Positions 28,042 to 37,290 of a stretch of 64,000 nucleotides of DNA are shown piece after piece. The first letter of the stretch is position 1. Each line of letters starts with the position of its first letter. The position numbers and the translations under genes were made by a program. Source of the stretch: a virus (Duplodnaviria > Heunggongvirae > Uroviricota > Caudoviricetes); the IMG/VR virus record IMGVR_UViG_3300035497_000275, positions 1-64,000 of that record; one strand, 5' to 3'. Below the pieces are notes generated by a model, which was given only the letters and a program-made list of their open reading frames with translations, was not told where the DNA came from and did no database searches.

Positions 28042-28230
28042 TCACTCCTGTCTATTTCTAATCTGCTGCTTTGCAATTTCTACACGGGACAAACCGCAGA
28101 TCGGGCAATAGAGAAACTGTTTTTCTAAAGGAAACCGATAGCTGCCACCAGCCATAATCACACGAGAACCATATTTGTCTGTCTCATAAGAAGCAGTACC
28201 AAAATCAAAGCGACTGCAAAAATCACACAT
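28042..28230 (-). CDS. small zinc-ribbon protein
   Basis: 62 aa. CDFC...CPICG. Confidence 0.3.
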   Translation of the reverse strand: MCDFCSRFDFGTASYETDKYGSRVIMAGGSYRFPLEKQFLYCPICGLSRVEIAKQQIRNRQE

Positions 28231-28754
28231 TACGATTCCTCCATCAGTTTCTTAACTCGTTCAATTTCAGCAGCAGTATGTGGTGTTCCTCCATCATTCA
28301 TATCAATATACCACTGTAAAACTTCATTGCGAGTCTTTAAATCGTTTACGTTCACAATCATACTATGATCAACAAGGTCTAATTCGCCTTCATAATCCAA
28401 GTACAGAATTCCAAACGCAGGAATTTCATTATTCAAGAAACGGCGAATTGCAGTAATCCGCTGCAACCCATCAACGCACACAAAATCATTATAACCATCT
28501 GTTACAGGAATGTGCCAACTTGGATTATTAAAATACAATGTACGACCAGATTTACCACAACGCAAAATGTATTCAATAAATTTGATTTGCTGTTCCTGTG
28601 TCCAAACATGACCACGTTGAAAATCTGGAATCATTTGCAATCCTTCTTCTTCAATCCATTGGTCAATTTGTTTAATCAAAAATTTCAATGACATATTGAC
28701 TTCGTATGAGCCACATCTTGTAAATTTAGGAATATCACGAAATTTCATTTTCAC
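28230..28754 (-). CDS. DUF262-like (ParB/Srx-fold) protein
   Basis: 174 aa. DFQRGHVW and VCVDGLQRITAIRRF match the DUF262 QR..W / DGQQR blocks. Confidence 0.5.
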   Translation of the reverse strand: MKMKFRDIPKFTRCGSYEVNMSLKFLIKQIDQWIEEEGLQMIPDFQRGHVWTQEQQIKFIEYILRCGKSGRTLYFNNPSWHIPVTDGYNDFVCVDGLQRITAIRRFLNNEIPAFGILYLDYEGELDLVDHSMIVNVNDLKTRNEVLQWYIDMNDGGTPHTAAEIERVKKLMEES

Positions 28755-28760
28755 AACTCC

Positions 28761-29015
28761 TTACAAATCCTGATTGTCCATGTCCATTTGAGAAAAGAAT
28801 TCCCGTTTGAGATTTTCCAAGCCAAATTCACCATACTGGATATAGCACAGTACAGCTTCTTCTAAAGTATCTGCGTTTTCTGATTTTGTCGGAATTGAAC
28901 TTGCGTTAGGAATCAACTCCTGCAAAGCATTGATAACTTCCGAAGTCGCTTCCGTTGCTCTATCTTGCTTTTCTTTCGCAGTTTTGATCAGCTTGCAAAT
29001 CTCATTTACGGTCAT
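28761..29015 (-). CDS. hypothetical protein
   Basis: 84 aa ORF. Confidence 0.35.
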   Translation of the reverse strand: MTVNEICKLIKTAKEKQDRATEATSEVINALQELIPNASSIPTKSENADTLEEAVLCYIQYGEFGLENLKREFFSQMDMDNQDL

Positions 29016-29017
29016 AA

Positions 29018-29416
29018 TTACTCCCCATCTATCATCTGTTTCAATTTTCTCAATTGTTCCAGACTTGTATTGTAAATATACTTATTAAGATTTCGCTCGA
29101 TATACTGAATCGTATGAATACGCTCCATATAATTACGCATGGATTCTTCCGTTGGGAACAACATATCATAAGACGAATACTGCGTTTTTTCTACAAGATA
29201 TTCGTCACCATCACTCTTTAAATAATACTGTCTCTTCCAGCCTTCTTTGAGCGTGACATATTTGTTTCCAACTTTTTCGATTGTGACTTCGCTGGTACTG
29301 TCAAACGTAAAACCAGTTCGACTATTGATCAACCACGCAGTTTGTCCGGGTACAAAATCTTTCAATGATACCATAGCAAATTCCTCATTAGCCCTTGAAC
29401 AAGTCGATAGCGTCAA
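29018..29416 (-). CDS. hypothetical protein
   Basis: 132 aa ORF. Confidence 0.4.
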   Translation of the reverse strand: MTLSTCSRANEEFAMVSLKDFVPGQTAWLINSRTGFTFDSTSEVTIEKVGNKYVTLKEGWKRQYYLKSDGDEYLVEKTQYSSYDMLFPTEESMRNYMERIHTIQYIERNLNKYIYNTSLEQLRKLKQMIDGE

Positions 29417-29573
29417 TAATTTCTTTCAGCAGATCACGCACCTCGACCAATTCTCCGTTCTCATAATCCTCCGCTGCCTGAGTCAACGCTTCCACGATTT
29501 TTTCATCGTCTAATTCCGCTCCGTTGGAGGAAATAAACCGATTCTTCTGTATCATTTGATACCATCCTTTCAA
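29388..29573 (-). CDS. hypothetical small acidic protein
   Basis: 61 aa ORF. Confidence 0.3.
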   Translation of the reverse strand: MKGWYQMIQKNRFISSNGAELDDEKIVEALTQAAEDYENGELVEVRDLLKEIIDAIDLFKG

Positions 29574-29653
29574 AATTATACAGACCTTTTTCGTAAGGCC
29601 ACGAAAATGGAAGAACGATTCAAAAAACAGCCCTATTTTTAAATCGTAATATC

Positions 29654-29848
29654 TTACCTACTGGTTTTCTCCAATTCTTGTTGCATTTTTAAAGCAATGA
29701 TTGCCATTTGCGCTGCCTTTCGTTTATGCGGCCTTGCTGACCAAGTTTTTCCATCAGAATTTGCATCTTTAGACAAAATGAAAATTGCCTCTTCGATAGT
29801 CATATCCTGAACATCTTGTTCCGTAGAAGTATGGTCAAACTTTCGCAT
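29654..29848 (-). CDS. hypothetical protein
   Basis: 64 aa ORF. Confidence 0.3.
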   Translation of the reverse strand: MRKFDHTSTEQDVQDMTIEEAIFILSKDANSDGKTWSARPHKRKAAQMAIIALKMQQELEKTSR

Positions 29849-30038
29849 CTGTCACACTTTTCTCCGCTCTTTTCACCTTAAACTGGTCACGGTCAAAAGC
29901 CGGGAGGCTGGTTTGTCCGTTGGCAATGGCAATATGGTAATAGTCATCCACGAACATGATCGTTCCCCATTCATTATAATAAGGACTTTCCTTGTCCGTG
30001 ATGACCACACGTTTTCCAACCATCTTTGACTGCTTCAT
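29835..30038 (-). CDS. hypothetical protein
   Basis: 67 aa ORF. Confidence 0.3.
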   Translation of the reverse strand: MKQSKMVGKRVVITDKESPYYNEWGTIMFVDDYYHIAIANGQTSLPAFDRDQFKVKRAEKSVTDAKV

Positions 30039-30039
30039 T

Positions 30040-31377
30040 TTACACCTCCAGATATGTTTTTGCCTGTTCCATCAAAACAGACCTTTTATTTTCCAATGTG
30101 CCTTCCACCACGGCATCCAGCAACTTTTTCAAAACTGCTCCAAGCTGGATACCTTGACGGAAACCAAGTTCCATCAGGTCTTTTCCGCTGACCGCCAAAT
30201 CCTTTAAGGTATAGCAGTCCTGCTCGGCCTGAATCTCCGCATAGATTTCCCAAATCTTTGAAAGGTTCGCTCGATCATCCGCAATGGGAGTCTGCGCCGC
30301 TTTATCTGCTGCCTTGACGTGCAACAGGCGTTCAAACTGTTCCGCTCCATAACGGTTCAAACAACGGCGCACAGAGGCTTTTGTGGGCGCAATCTCATGG
30401 TCATGAAATTCCACAAGCTGCGTAACAGTTTCCACCGTTTTATTATCAAAACGAAGATTCTTCAAGGAATTTTCCGCTATTCCAGCACTGATCACAGAAT
30501 GGTGATAGAAATGTCCATTCCCCTGTTCATCCAGCGTCATGCAATGGGGTTTTCCAAGGTCATGATAAAGTAGCGCAAGGCGGACATACAAATCCTTCGG
30601 CGCATAGGAAACTGCCGTGACAGTATGATTCCACACGTCCATATAATGATGAGGATTATGCTGCAAAAATCCAACGGCTGGCGTGATTTCCGGGATGATG
30701 ACGGCGAAAATCTCCTGATAACAGCGAAGCATGGTATAGCAAGCGTCACTCAGCAGGATTTCAGACAGTTCTCCAATCATCCGCTCTGGCGCAATTTGCT
30801 TCAGCAAATCCTTATGACGGAACATGGCTTCCTCTGTCCGCTTTTCCACAAAGAATCCAAACCGGGACGCAAAGCGAATGGCACGGAGAATCCGCAAAGC
30901 ATCCTCCTGAAACCGCTTATCTGGATTTCCAACACAGCAGATTTGTCCAAGTTTCAAATCAAAACGGCTTTTGGAATAGTCGATCACTCTGCCGCTGCTG
31001 TCTGCCGCCATTGCGTTGATCCGAAAATCACGGCGGGACAAATCTTCCTTTAGGTCACTGACGAATTCCACAGAATCAGGATGACGATGATCCGAATACA
31101 CACCATCTTTACGAAACGTGGTGATTTCATAACCTACACCATCCAGCAGGACAGTCAATGTTCCATGCTTCAATCCCGTTTCAATAACACGGAAATTACG
31201 GAAAATAGATTTCATCTGTCCCGGCAACGCACTGGTGCAAATGTCCCAATCATGCGGCGTTCTTCCAAGCAGACTATCCCGGACACATCCGCCCACCACA
31301 TAGGCGGAACATCCCGCATCCGTCAAAATATTCATCAACTGACGGGGAGCATCAGGAATTTCAATATAGGTGTCCAT
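30040..31377 (-). CDS. CCA-adding tRNA nucleotidyltransferase with C-terminal HD domain
   Basis: 445 aa. Pol-beta head motif AYVVGGCVRDSLLGRTPHDWDICT. C-terminal HD signature LLYHDLGKPH. Confidence 0.85.
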   Translation of the reverse strand: MDTYIEIPDAPRQLMNILTDAGCSAYVVGGCVRDSLLGRTPHDWDICTSALPGQMKSIFRNFRVIETGLKHGTLTVLLDGVGYEITTFRKDGVYSDHRHPDSVEFVSDLKEDLSRRDFRINAMAADSSGRVIDYSKSRFDLKLGQICCVGNPDKRFQEDALRILRAIRFASRFGFFVEKRTEEAMFRHKDLLKQIAPERMIGELSEILLSDACYTMLRCYQEIFAVIIPEITPAVGFLQHNPHHYMDVWNHTVTAVSYAPKDLYVRLALLYHDLGKPHCMTLDEQGNGHFYHHSVISAGIAENSLKNLRFDNKTVETVTQLVEFHDHEIAPTKASVRRCLNRYGAEQFERLLHVKAADKAAQTPIADDRANLSKIWEIYAEIQAEQDCYTLKDLAVSGKDLMELGFRQGIQLGAVLKKLLDAVVEGTLENKRSVLMEQAKTYLEV

Positions 31378-31398
31378 ATTTCCACCACCTTCTATTTA

Positions 31399-31599
31399 TC
31401 AAGAATCGGAATTTTGATCCTCAGATACTTTCGTTTCATCCAATTCGTAATTATCACCGCAAAAGCTGCTGGTGTTGATATCATAGGTATCCTTCGGGAG
31501 TTCCTGATCTCTCCCGGTCATAATGAAATACCGAAAAATAGCTGCGCTATGGTAGAGGCATCCGGGATTTTTCTTACAGGTCTTACAAGACTTCTCCAT
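31399..31599 (-). CDS. hypothetical Cys-containing protein
   Basis: 66 aa. CKTCKKNPGC. Confidence 0.3.
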   Translation of the reverse strand: MEKSCKTCKKNPGCLYHSAAIFRYFIMTGRDQELPKDTYDINTSSFCGDNYELDETKVSEDQNSDS

Positions 31600-31628
31600 T
31601 TTGTTTGTCCTCCTATAAAAATATGAAG

Positions 31629-32705
31629 TTAATCCAACCCAATGAATTTACCTAAATACTGCCTTTCAAAGCACAAGTCCGGCATACCATCCTGCATGAT
31701 GGAATAGCGGTTGACATACATGGTAAATTCCTCGATCTCCTTGCTGTTTGGCTTTTCCGGGAGGGAGGAATTTTCCTTTGCGTAGTTCATCCGCTTTTCG
31801 TACTCATTGACCATATCGTAAAATTCCTGTCGAAACGTTCCATCTTCGTTCTGGAATTCTCCGTTGCGAATGGACATTAACAACGGCAAATCATGCTCCC
31901 GGTAGGTAATGATCTCTTCCTTTTCCAGAATGTCAATGCACATCAGGTACAGACGGATCAAGTGCATAGCGTGTTTTGCCAAATAAGCATCGTCTTTCTT
32001 CTTGTTCCGCTGCGTGATTTTTCCGTAGTCCTTGATAATTTTGTTGAGGTCGCTCCAAATGTTCTTATAATCCCGCAACGGATAATGCTTTAAGGAAACG
32101 TCCGCAAAAATCTCCGTGTCCAAATCCTCCTGCTGCGACTGGTCAACATACAACTGGAATGTTCCGTTTTCAAAATCCTGATACCGCTCGTTGAAAGAAA
32201 ACATAGCGGATTTACAGGAGGACAAAATGTGCGCCTCTTTTTCTGACTGCCCATAATTGTTTCTCGCCAAGGCCGCTTGCAGACGGCGAAGCTGCTGTGT
32301 GGCATATCCGCCAAAAGCGTAAATGGCTTTCCGGGACAGGAACATCTTACGCTTTTCCACCAGCAGTTTTCCGATCTCATTATAGAAATGGTAACTGTCT
32401 GGTCTGCATCCAAGTAATTCGATTGTGTTAGGATTACAGTTTTCCAACAGGCCAACCAGTTTATTAAAACTATAAATCGTGGTGTCCGTCTGGTTATCCA
32501 CGACCTGTTCAAAGTTGGTTCTTCCAAGCAAATCCCGGCTTGAATTCAAAGCGCATCCACGCACGTCAATGTCGGAGTCCGGGACGTTTGTTCCATAGGC
32601 GTGACTGCCGCCAAAAGTGGCAAATATCATCCGCTGTCCAAGATGTTCATTGGTATTGATAAACTGATATTCAGGACGTGCAAGCACTTCAATAATGTCC
32701 ATCAT
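31629..32705 (-). CDS. Pol-beta superfamily nucleotidyltransferase (NTase head plus helical tail)
   Basis: 358 aa. FATFGGSHAYGTNVPDSDIDVRG gives the GS-x10-DxD NTase signature. Sits next to the CCA-adding enzyme. Its stop overlaps the start of 32702..33418. Confidence 0.6.
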   Translation of the reverse strand: MMDIIEVLARPEYQFINTNEHLGQRMIFATFGGSHAYGTNVPDSDIDVRGCALNSSRDLLGRTNFEQVVDNQTDTTIYSFNKLVGLLENCNPNTIELLGCRPDSYHFYNEIGKLLVEKRKMFLSRKAIYAFGGYATQQLRRLQAALARNNYGQSEKEAHILSSCKSAMFSFNERYQDFENGTFQLYVDQSQQEDLDTEIFADVSLKHYPLRDYKNIWSDLNKIIKDYGKITQRNKKKDDAYLAKHAMHLIRLYLMCIDILEKEEIITYREHDLPLLMSIRNGEFQNEDGTFRQEFYDMVNEYEKRMNYAKENSSLPEKPNSKEIEEFTMYVNRYSIMQDGMPDLCFERQYLGKFIGLD

Positions 32706-33418
32706 TTTTCCACCTCATTTTTAAAACATTCTGGAACTACCACGCTTAATAAATTACGACAAATTAAAGCCTCATCTTTGTCCATATAGTATTCTTTTTC
32801 TCCATGATAAATTTTCCGTTCATTCACCATTATTTCGTTTTCTGGAAAATATACTCCCGCATAAATCTTCGTGTTTGCAAAATCCTTGTATTCAATTCGA
32901 TAATATATTGTTCTGTACCGCTGCCAAAACTCTCCTTGAACATTAAATGTACCATTAAGGATCGACATAATTCCAACTTTCTGGCGATATGATAATCCAT
33001 CAAGTTTATCAGGATCAACAATCAACACAACGCAGGAAGTCATCTTATTTAGATAATTTAGATAATAGTGTGTCAGGTATTTTTTATCCATCAAATCATA
33101 AATGTTGTGAAAGACTTTTCCATTCGTATCTGCCGATTTTCCCGCTCTTTTATGTGTTGCCTCAATGACATAAAAGTTTGCTTTAGTATAAACAATACAT
33201 TTTGTTTCTCCACGCATTTCATATTTGACAACCGTATCAGAAATTTTAGAACTGGCGAACAAACGTTCAAACTCCAAAAAACCGGGTACTGATTCACTAA
33301 TCCCACTACATAAAAATGTAGAGCAATCATTCAAAGTGATATTAAAACGATCATAACCACAGAATTTATTAACAACTGCTGTTGAAACTGTACATTTTTC
33401 CATATACCTATACCTCAT
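32702..33418 (-). CDS. hypothetical protein, paralog of 20302..21012
   Basis: 238 aa. Shares GFLEFERLFA, VVLIVDP and KIYAGVY blocks with 20302..21012. Start overlaps the NTase stop (ATGA). Confidence 0.5.
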   Translation of the reverse strand: MRYRYMEKCTVSTAVVNKFCGYDRFNITLNDCSTFLCSGISESVPGFLEFERLFASSKISDTVVKYEMRGETKCIVYTKANFYVIEATHKRAGKSADTNGKVFHNIYDLMDKKYLTHYYLNYLNKMTSCVVLIVDPDKLDGLSYRQKVGIMSILNGTFNVQGEFWQRYRTIYYRIEYKDFANTKIYAGVYFPENEIMVNERKIYHGEKEYYMDKDEALICRNLLSVVVPECFKNEVEK

Positions 33419-33458
33419 TTTTCCGTCATCAATTTCGTGTTATCACGAATTAGATTTT

Positions 33459-34037
33459 TCACTTTGCGAATTTTCCATAAACGTACTTGATCTGCTGGTC
33501 GATGTGATTTTCTGCGTACTGTCTGGCCTCGGCAAAGGTCATCAGTTTATCATCCACTGTGATTTTTCCATTCCTAAAATTCTCCCGCTCGGCTGCGTCA
33601 AACCTTGTCAAAAAGCATGGCGGTTCATACCAGAATCTCTTTTTTCCTATTCCAGACCAACAGGCTTGTTTCATCCGCTTGCTGATATAATCTTCTACTT
33701 CATACAGGTCAAAGGTTCTCCAAATGTACGGCTGCACATTTCCTTCATCGTCCATCAGTTCCCGCTCGGAGAATGGATAAATACCTTGTTCCAGTTTATC
33801 CAAAAAACTAATTAGCTGATCATAGGTGGTGTCCGCACTGAAATTTGTGTGAAATCTGTCCCGCTTACAGCCGTGTAGGTATTCGATCCGTTCCCGCCGT
33901 TCCTGTGCCGTTTGTTCCTGCTGACGCTTTTCCCGTTCCTCTGGCTTCATGGTCTGAATAAATACAAGAACGGATACAATGAAAACCATTACAAAAATCA
34001 ATCCAAGGGTTCCAAGGAAAACCATCCAAATCATCAT
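33459..34037 (-). CDS. hypothetical membrane-anchored protein
   Basis: 192 aa. N-terminal TM helix, then a charged ERE-rich segment. Confidence 0.4.
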   Translation of the reverse strand: MMIWMVFLGTLGLIFVMVFIVSVLVFIQTMKPEEREKRQQEQTAQERRERIEYLHGCKRDRFHTNFSADTTYDQLISFLDKLEQGIYPFSERELMDDEGNVQPYIWRTFDLYEVEDYISKRMKQACWSGIGKKRFWYEPPCFLTRFDAAERENFRNGKITVDDKLMTFAEARQYAENHIDQQIKYVYGKFAK

Positions 34038-34091
34038 TTATCCATCCTTCCGTTTTCTCAGTTATTATTCTAATTGTTTTTCTGGTTATTG

Positions 34092-34328
34092 TCAAGAGTT
34101 TTCTTCTGAAATCTGTAAATTTTCTTTCCTGCTTTTCCGCAAGGCTCTTTGATTCCAGTATTGGTGCTGCTCATTCTTCTGTAAATGGTGGCACTGTTTG
34201 CCCAAGCAGTTTTTCCGCTTGATCTCATGTACCGTCAAGGCTCCGCAATGCAAAGCACAATACGCTGCCGGGTTTGCTGGCCTACCGCCGTAAATGGTTT
34301 TCTCCATCTTACTTTTCCTCCGTTCCAA
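34092..34328 (-). CDS. hypothetical protein
   Basis: 78 aa ORF. Confidence 0.3.
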   Translation of the reverse strand: MERRKSKMEKTIYGGRPANPAAYCALHCGALTVHEIKRKNCLGKQCHHLQKNEQHQYWNQRALRKSRKENLQISEENS

Positions 34329-34692
34329 CTGGCGGTTTTGGTTTTTCCATCCAGTGTGTAATTTTCATTCCATGTTTTCTTGCATAATCAGTCATTTCCC
34401 ATATAGCAATGATTTCTCCGTTTTCTTTCTGATATGGGATCAACATAGAAACCTCTACACAGCCGCTACCATCATTAAACAAGGTTTTTACAATGACTTG
34501 CTGAAAGAAAGACAAATTATTTTCCGCCATAAAACTATAATAATCTTCAACATCAGGAACATCATGCCATATAACAATTTGTGCATTATATTTATCTAAA
34601 ATCTTTTGTAACCCATTGGTATCTTTATTTCCCATATCATTCTTCCTCCCTGTCTGGCGGGATATCCACCGTTCCACGTCTGGCATTATCAC
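34309..34692 (-). CDS. hypothetical protein
   Basis: 127 aa ORF. Confidence 0.4.
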   Translation of the reverse strand: MIMPDVERWISRQTGRKNDMGNKDTNGLQKILDKYNAQIVIWHDVPDVEDYYSFMAENNLSFFQQVIVKTLFNDGSGCVEVSMLIPYQKENGEIIAIWEMTDYARKHGMKITHWMEKPKPPVGTEEK

Positions 34693-35257
34693 ATCGACTG
34701 CACTTGCAATGTCCGTATGGATTCCCGGTTCTCAGCCAATAGCTGCTGACCTCAATGATCCTGCCGCAATTTGTACATTCACATTTCCAGCGGATTTCAT
34801 TTCCCGCAAGGCGGTCATTCTTGACTGCCTCCAATACCTTTAAATATCCAATGGTTTCTCCCGTCAAATCGTGTTTCAGTTCGTGACGAAGGCAACCGCA
34901 GGAATTGGTTCTATCATTCCGCAAACTGTCTGAAAGAACAGAAACCACGTTTCCACACTCACAGTCACAAATCCAGTAGGCTTTTCCGCCTTTTTTAGAG
35001 GTGTCCCGGCAACGCACCTTCAGTTTTCCGAAGGTCTTTCCAGTCAAATCAATGAATGTTGACGGCGTTTGGTGGCGGAGGCAACCGCAGGACTTTGTTC
35101 CATTGGTTTTTGTCAAGTTCGTGGAAGAAACCACCACGATATTTCCGCACTCACACTGGCACTCCCACATGGGTCTGCCGGGTTTCCGATCTTCCACACG
35201 GCGGATCACTCTCAAGCTGCCGAATGTTCTGTTGGTCAAATCAAGTAGTTTTCCCAT
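34637..35257 (-). CDS. zinc-binding protein with three tandem ~62-aa repeats (LTG.TFG.L.V...W.C.CECGN...SCGCLRH)
   Basis: 206 aa. The three repeat units start at LTNRTFGSLRV, LTGKTFGKLKV and LTGETIGYLKV, each with a CxCxCGN...CGC cluster. Confidence 0.5.
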   Translation of the reverse strand: MGKLLDLTNRTFGSLRVIRRVEDRKPGRPMWECQCECGNIVVVSSTNLTKTNGTKSCGCLRHQTPSTFIDLTGKTFGKLKVRCRDTSKKGGKAYWICDCECGNVVSVLSDSLRNDRTNSCGCLRHELKHDLTGETIGYLKVLEAVKNDRLAGNEIRWKCECTNCGRIIEVSSYWLRTGNPYGHCKCSRCDNARRGTVDIPPDREEE

Positions 35258-35549
35258 TTCGTTTCACCCTGTTCACAATAAACCCGTCAATATAAAATCT
35301 GTTCTCATCATACGCATACTCTACATCTGCGTTAAAGTCGATGGGAAAAATCAGATTGTCCGCAAAATGTGAAAAGGCTTGATCATTTTTCCGCCTGTAA
35401 TTTTCATCACGACAAAGCTGCTCTGCCTCTTTCCTTGTGATTCTTTCCGCATTTTCCGGGACTAATTTTTCCTGCTCTGCATTTTCCGTATAGAACAGAT
35501 TATAAGTATTCGCAAAGTCATTCCAATACCGCACATAATACTTTTTCAT
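35241..35549 (-). CDS. hypothetical protein
   Basis: 102 aa ORF. Confidence 0.35.
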   Translation of the reverse strand: MKKYYVRYWNDFANTYNLFYTENAEQEKLVPENAERITRKEAEQLCRDENYRRKNDQAFSHFADNLIFPIDFNADVEYAYDENRFYIDGFIVNRVKRNGKTT

Positions 35550-35848
35550 TGTTCATTTTCCTTTCTGACTGTTTCCAGTTCCATTCTCATTCCATTATCT
35601 GCTGGAATGGTGATAAATTTTCCGTAGCTGTCTGCGTCATAGGGATTATCGCCGTACCACATTCCCATGAACAAACCGAAACATTGATAATCCCTGTGCC
35701 AAAGCACAATTCCTGTGTAGTTTCTGCTCTTTATGTGGATCGTATCACCTGTCCTGATCTCGTCCCCATTCACATCCAGCAATCCCGTCAAAATTCCAAT
35801 GCGCTCTAACTTGCTGCGTGGTGTTTTCCTGTGTCTGATCTTTTCCAT
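35546..35848 (-). CDS. hypothetical protein
   Basis: 100 aa ORF. Confidence 0.35.
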   Translation of the reverse strand: MEKIRHRKTPRSKLERIGILTGLLDVNGDEIRTGDTIHIKSRNYTGIVLWHRDYQCFGLFMGMWYGDNPYDADSYGKFITIPADNGMRMELETVRKENEQ

Positions 35849-35853
35849 TCTGG

Positions 35854-36105
35854 TTAATCCTCCAAAGGAATTATCATGGCCTTTACAACGGCTGGCGGAA
35901 CGTCCAGCACCGCAACGATGGCTTCTCCGTCAATACTGATACTCTTAACAAGGATTTCTAAAATTCCGTTGTAACTACACATGGTAGGTGTCAGTTCGAC
36001 CAAATCTTCCTTGCCTTTATAGTCATACAGTGAACGAAGCATGATTTTTCCAAATCCAAAGGCATATCGTAACTGTCCAATGGTCATTGATTTAAAGTTA
36101 TCCAT
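35854..36105 (-). CDS. hypothetical protein
   Basis: 83 aa ORF. Confidence 0.35.
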   Translation of the reverse strand: MDNFKSMTIGQLRYAFGFGKIMLRSLYDYKGKEDLVELTPTMCSYNGILEILVKSISIDGEAIVAVLDVPPAVVKAMIIPLED

Positions 36106-36277
36106 TACGATTCCTCCTTAATATCTTTTTCAAGTTCATTGAGAACGTACCGCAATAATTGTGTCGAAACGTCTACAACAGGATCAAGATTACGACCTGA
36201 ATTACAGTATTCCTCAAGGGCGCATACAGGCGCAACAAGTTTTCCATGAAGTTCTGATTTCGTCATTTTTCTACACC

Positions 36278-36562
36278 TCACATTTCATAGTCAAATTCCT
36301 GCAACCCGCCCATATCGGACACATAGGCTGCTACGTCCTGCACATTGATCATCGTGGAATTTTTCTCGACTGTGTAATAGTACCGACCAGAATCATTCAA
36401 TTCTCTGTAATAGTGAAGGAGAATCATCACAACCAGATTTTCCAGCGAAGTCTTGATCGTGTAGTTTTGGCTGCTGATCCAGTCTGCTACCAAATCCATA
36501 TCACACTTCTTTTCCTCTGGCGTTCCGGGAATGTATTTCCACTGACCTACATTGTTCACCAT
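36278..36562 (-). CDS. hypothetical protein
   Basis: 94 aa ORF. Confidence 0.35.
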   Translation of the reverse strand: MVNNVGQWKYIPGTPEEKKCDMDLVADWISSQNYTIKTSLENLVVMILLHYYRELNDSGRYYYTVEKNSTMINVQDVAAYVSDMGGLQEFDYEM

Positions 36563-36828
36563 GATTTTTCCGACCTCGCTTTCCAGTATTCTTCCATTTC
36601 CTTATCCTGCAACGCTACAAATTCATCGTAGGACATACACTTCACACTTGGGTATACATTGCGTAACTGTTTGGGGAAATTTCCAAGGCACGATTTAAGC
36701 GTGTGCGTAACGTGTTTAATCATTCCTGCGCTGTTAAACCCCACCACGACTTCCTCACCCATTTTTCCAACCTCCTTTACAAAATACTTTGAAAGTTCGT
36801 CAAGCCTTCTGCCGCTGACTTTGCCCAC
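36556..36828 (-). CDS. hypothetical protein (probable start at 36762)
   Basis: Internal ATG preceded by GGAGGTTGGAAAA, the conserved initiation context of this gene block. Confidence 0.35.
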   Translation of the reverse strand: MGKVSGRRLDELSKYFVKEVGKMGEEVVVGFNSAGMIKHVTHTLKSCLGNFPKQLRNVYPSVKCMSYDEFVALQDKEMEEYWKARSEKSW

Positions 36829-37085
36829 TTGTCTGTTTCATCCAAAAAATGCGTTCCCTCATCAATGGTATCGGGATCATCCAGACTAATCAAATCATCG
36901 TCATAGGCTTCCTGCGCCTTGTCGATGGCCTCTGACAGTTCTTCCGCCTCCACCTCGACAATCATGCTGCGCTGTTCCACAACGCTGATATAGTATTTCA
37001 TGCTGTCCGCCTCACTTTCCCGCAAGGAGGCTCTTGCAAATCGTCTTGAACTTCTTTTCCGCCTTGTCCTGCTCCGTTCCGCCAA
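36777..37085 (-). CDS. hypothetical acidic protein
   Basis: 102 aa ORF. Confidence 0.35.
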   Translation of the reverse strand: MAERSRTRRKRSSRRFARASLRESEADSMKYYISVVEQRSMIVEVEAEELSEAIDKAQEAYDDDLISLDDPDTIDEGTHFLDETDKWAKSAAEGLTNFQSIL

Positions 37086-37290
37086 ACAGGGTAACGGTTT
37101 CCTGATCCTTGCCGCCTTCCAGCTTCAGCGCAAAGATGTTTCCGATAGGGGTTTCCATCTGGTACAGATAGACGTGCTTCCCGTTGATCATGGCCTCGTT
37201 CTTGGTAATGAAAGTGGTTTCCATAGTGATTTCTCCTTTTTGTTTTGATTTTTTGTGTGTTGTTGTTGTTTTTCCAGTCTTGCTATTCAA
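37012..37290 (-). CDS. hypothetical protein
   Basis: 92 aa ORF. Confidence 0.35.
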   Translation of the reverse strand: MNSKTGKTTTTHKKSKQKGEITMETTFITKNEAMINGKHVYLYQMETPIGNIFALKLEGGKDQETVTLFGGTEQDKAEKKFKTICKSLLAGK

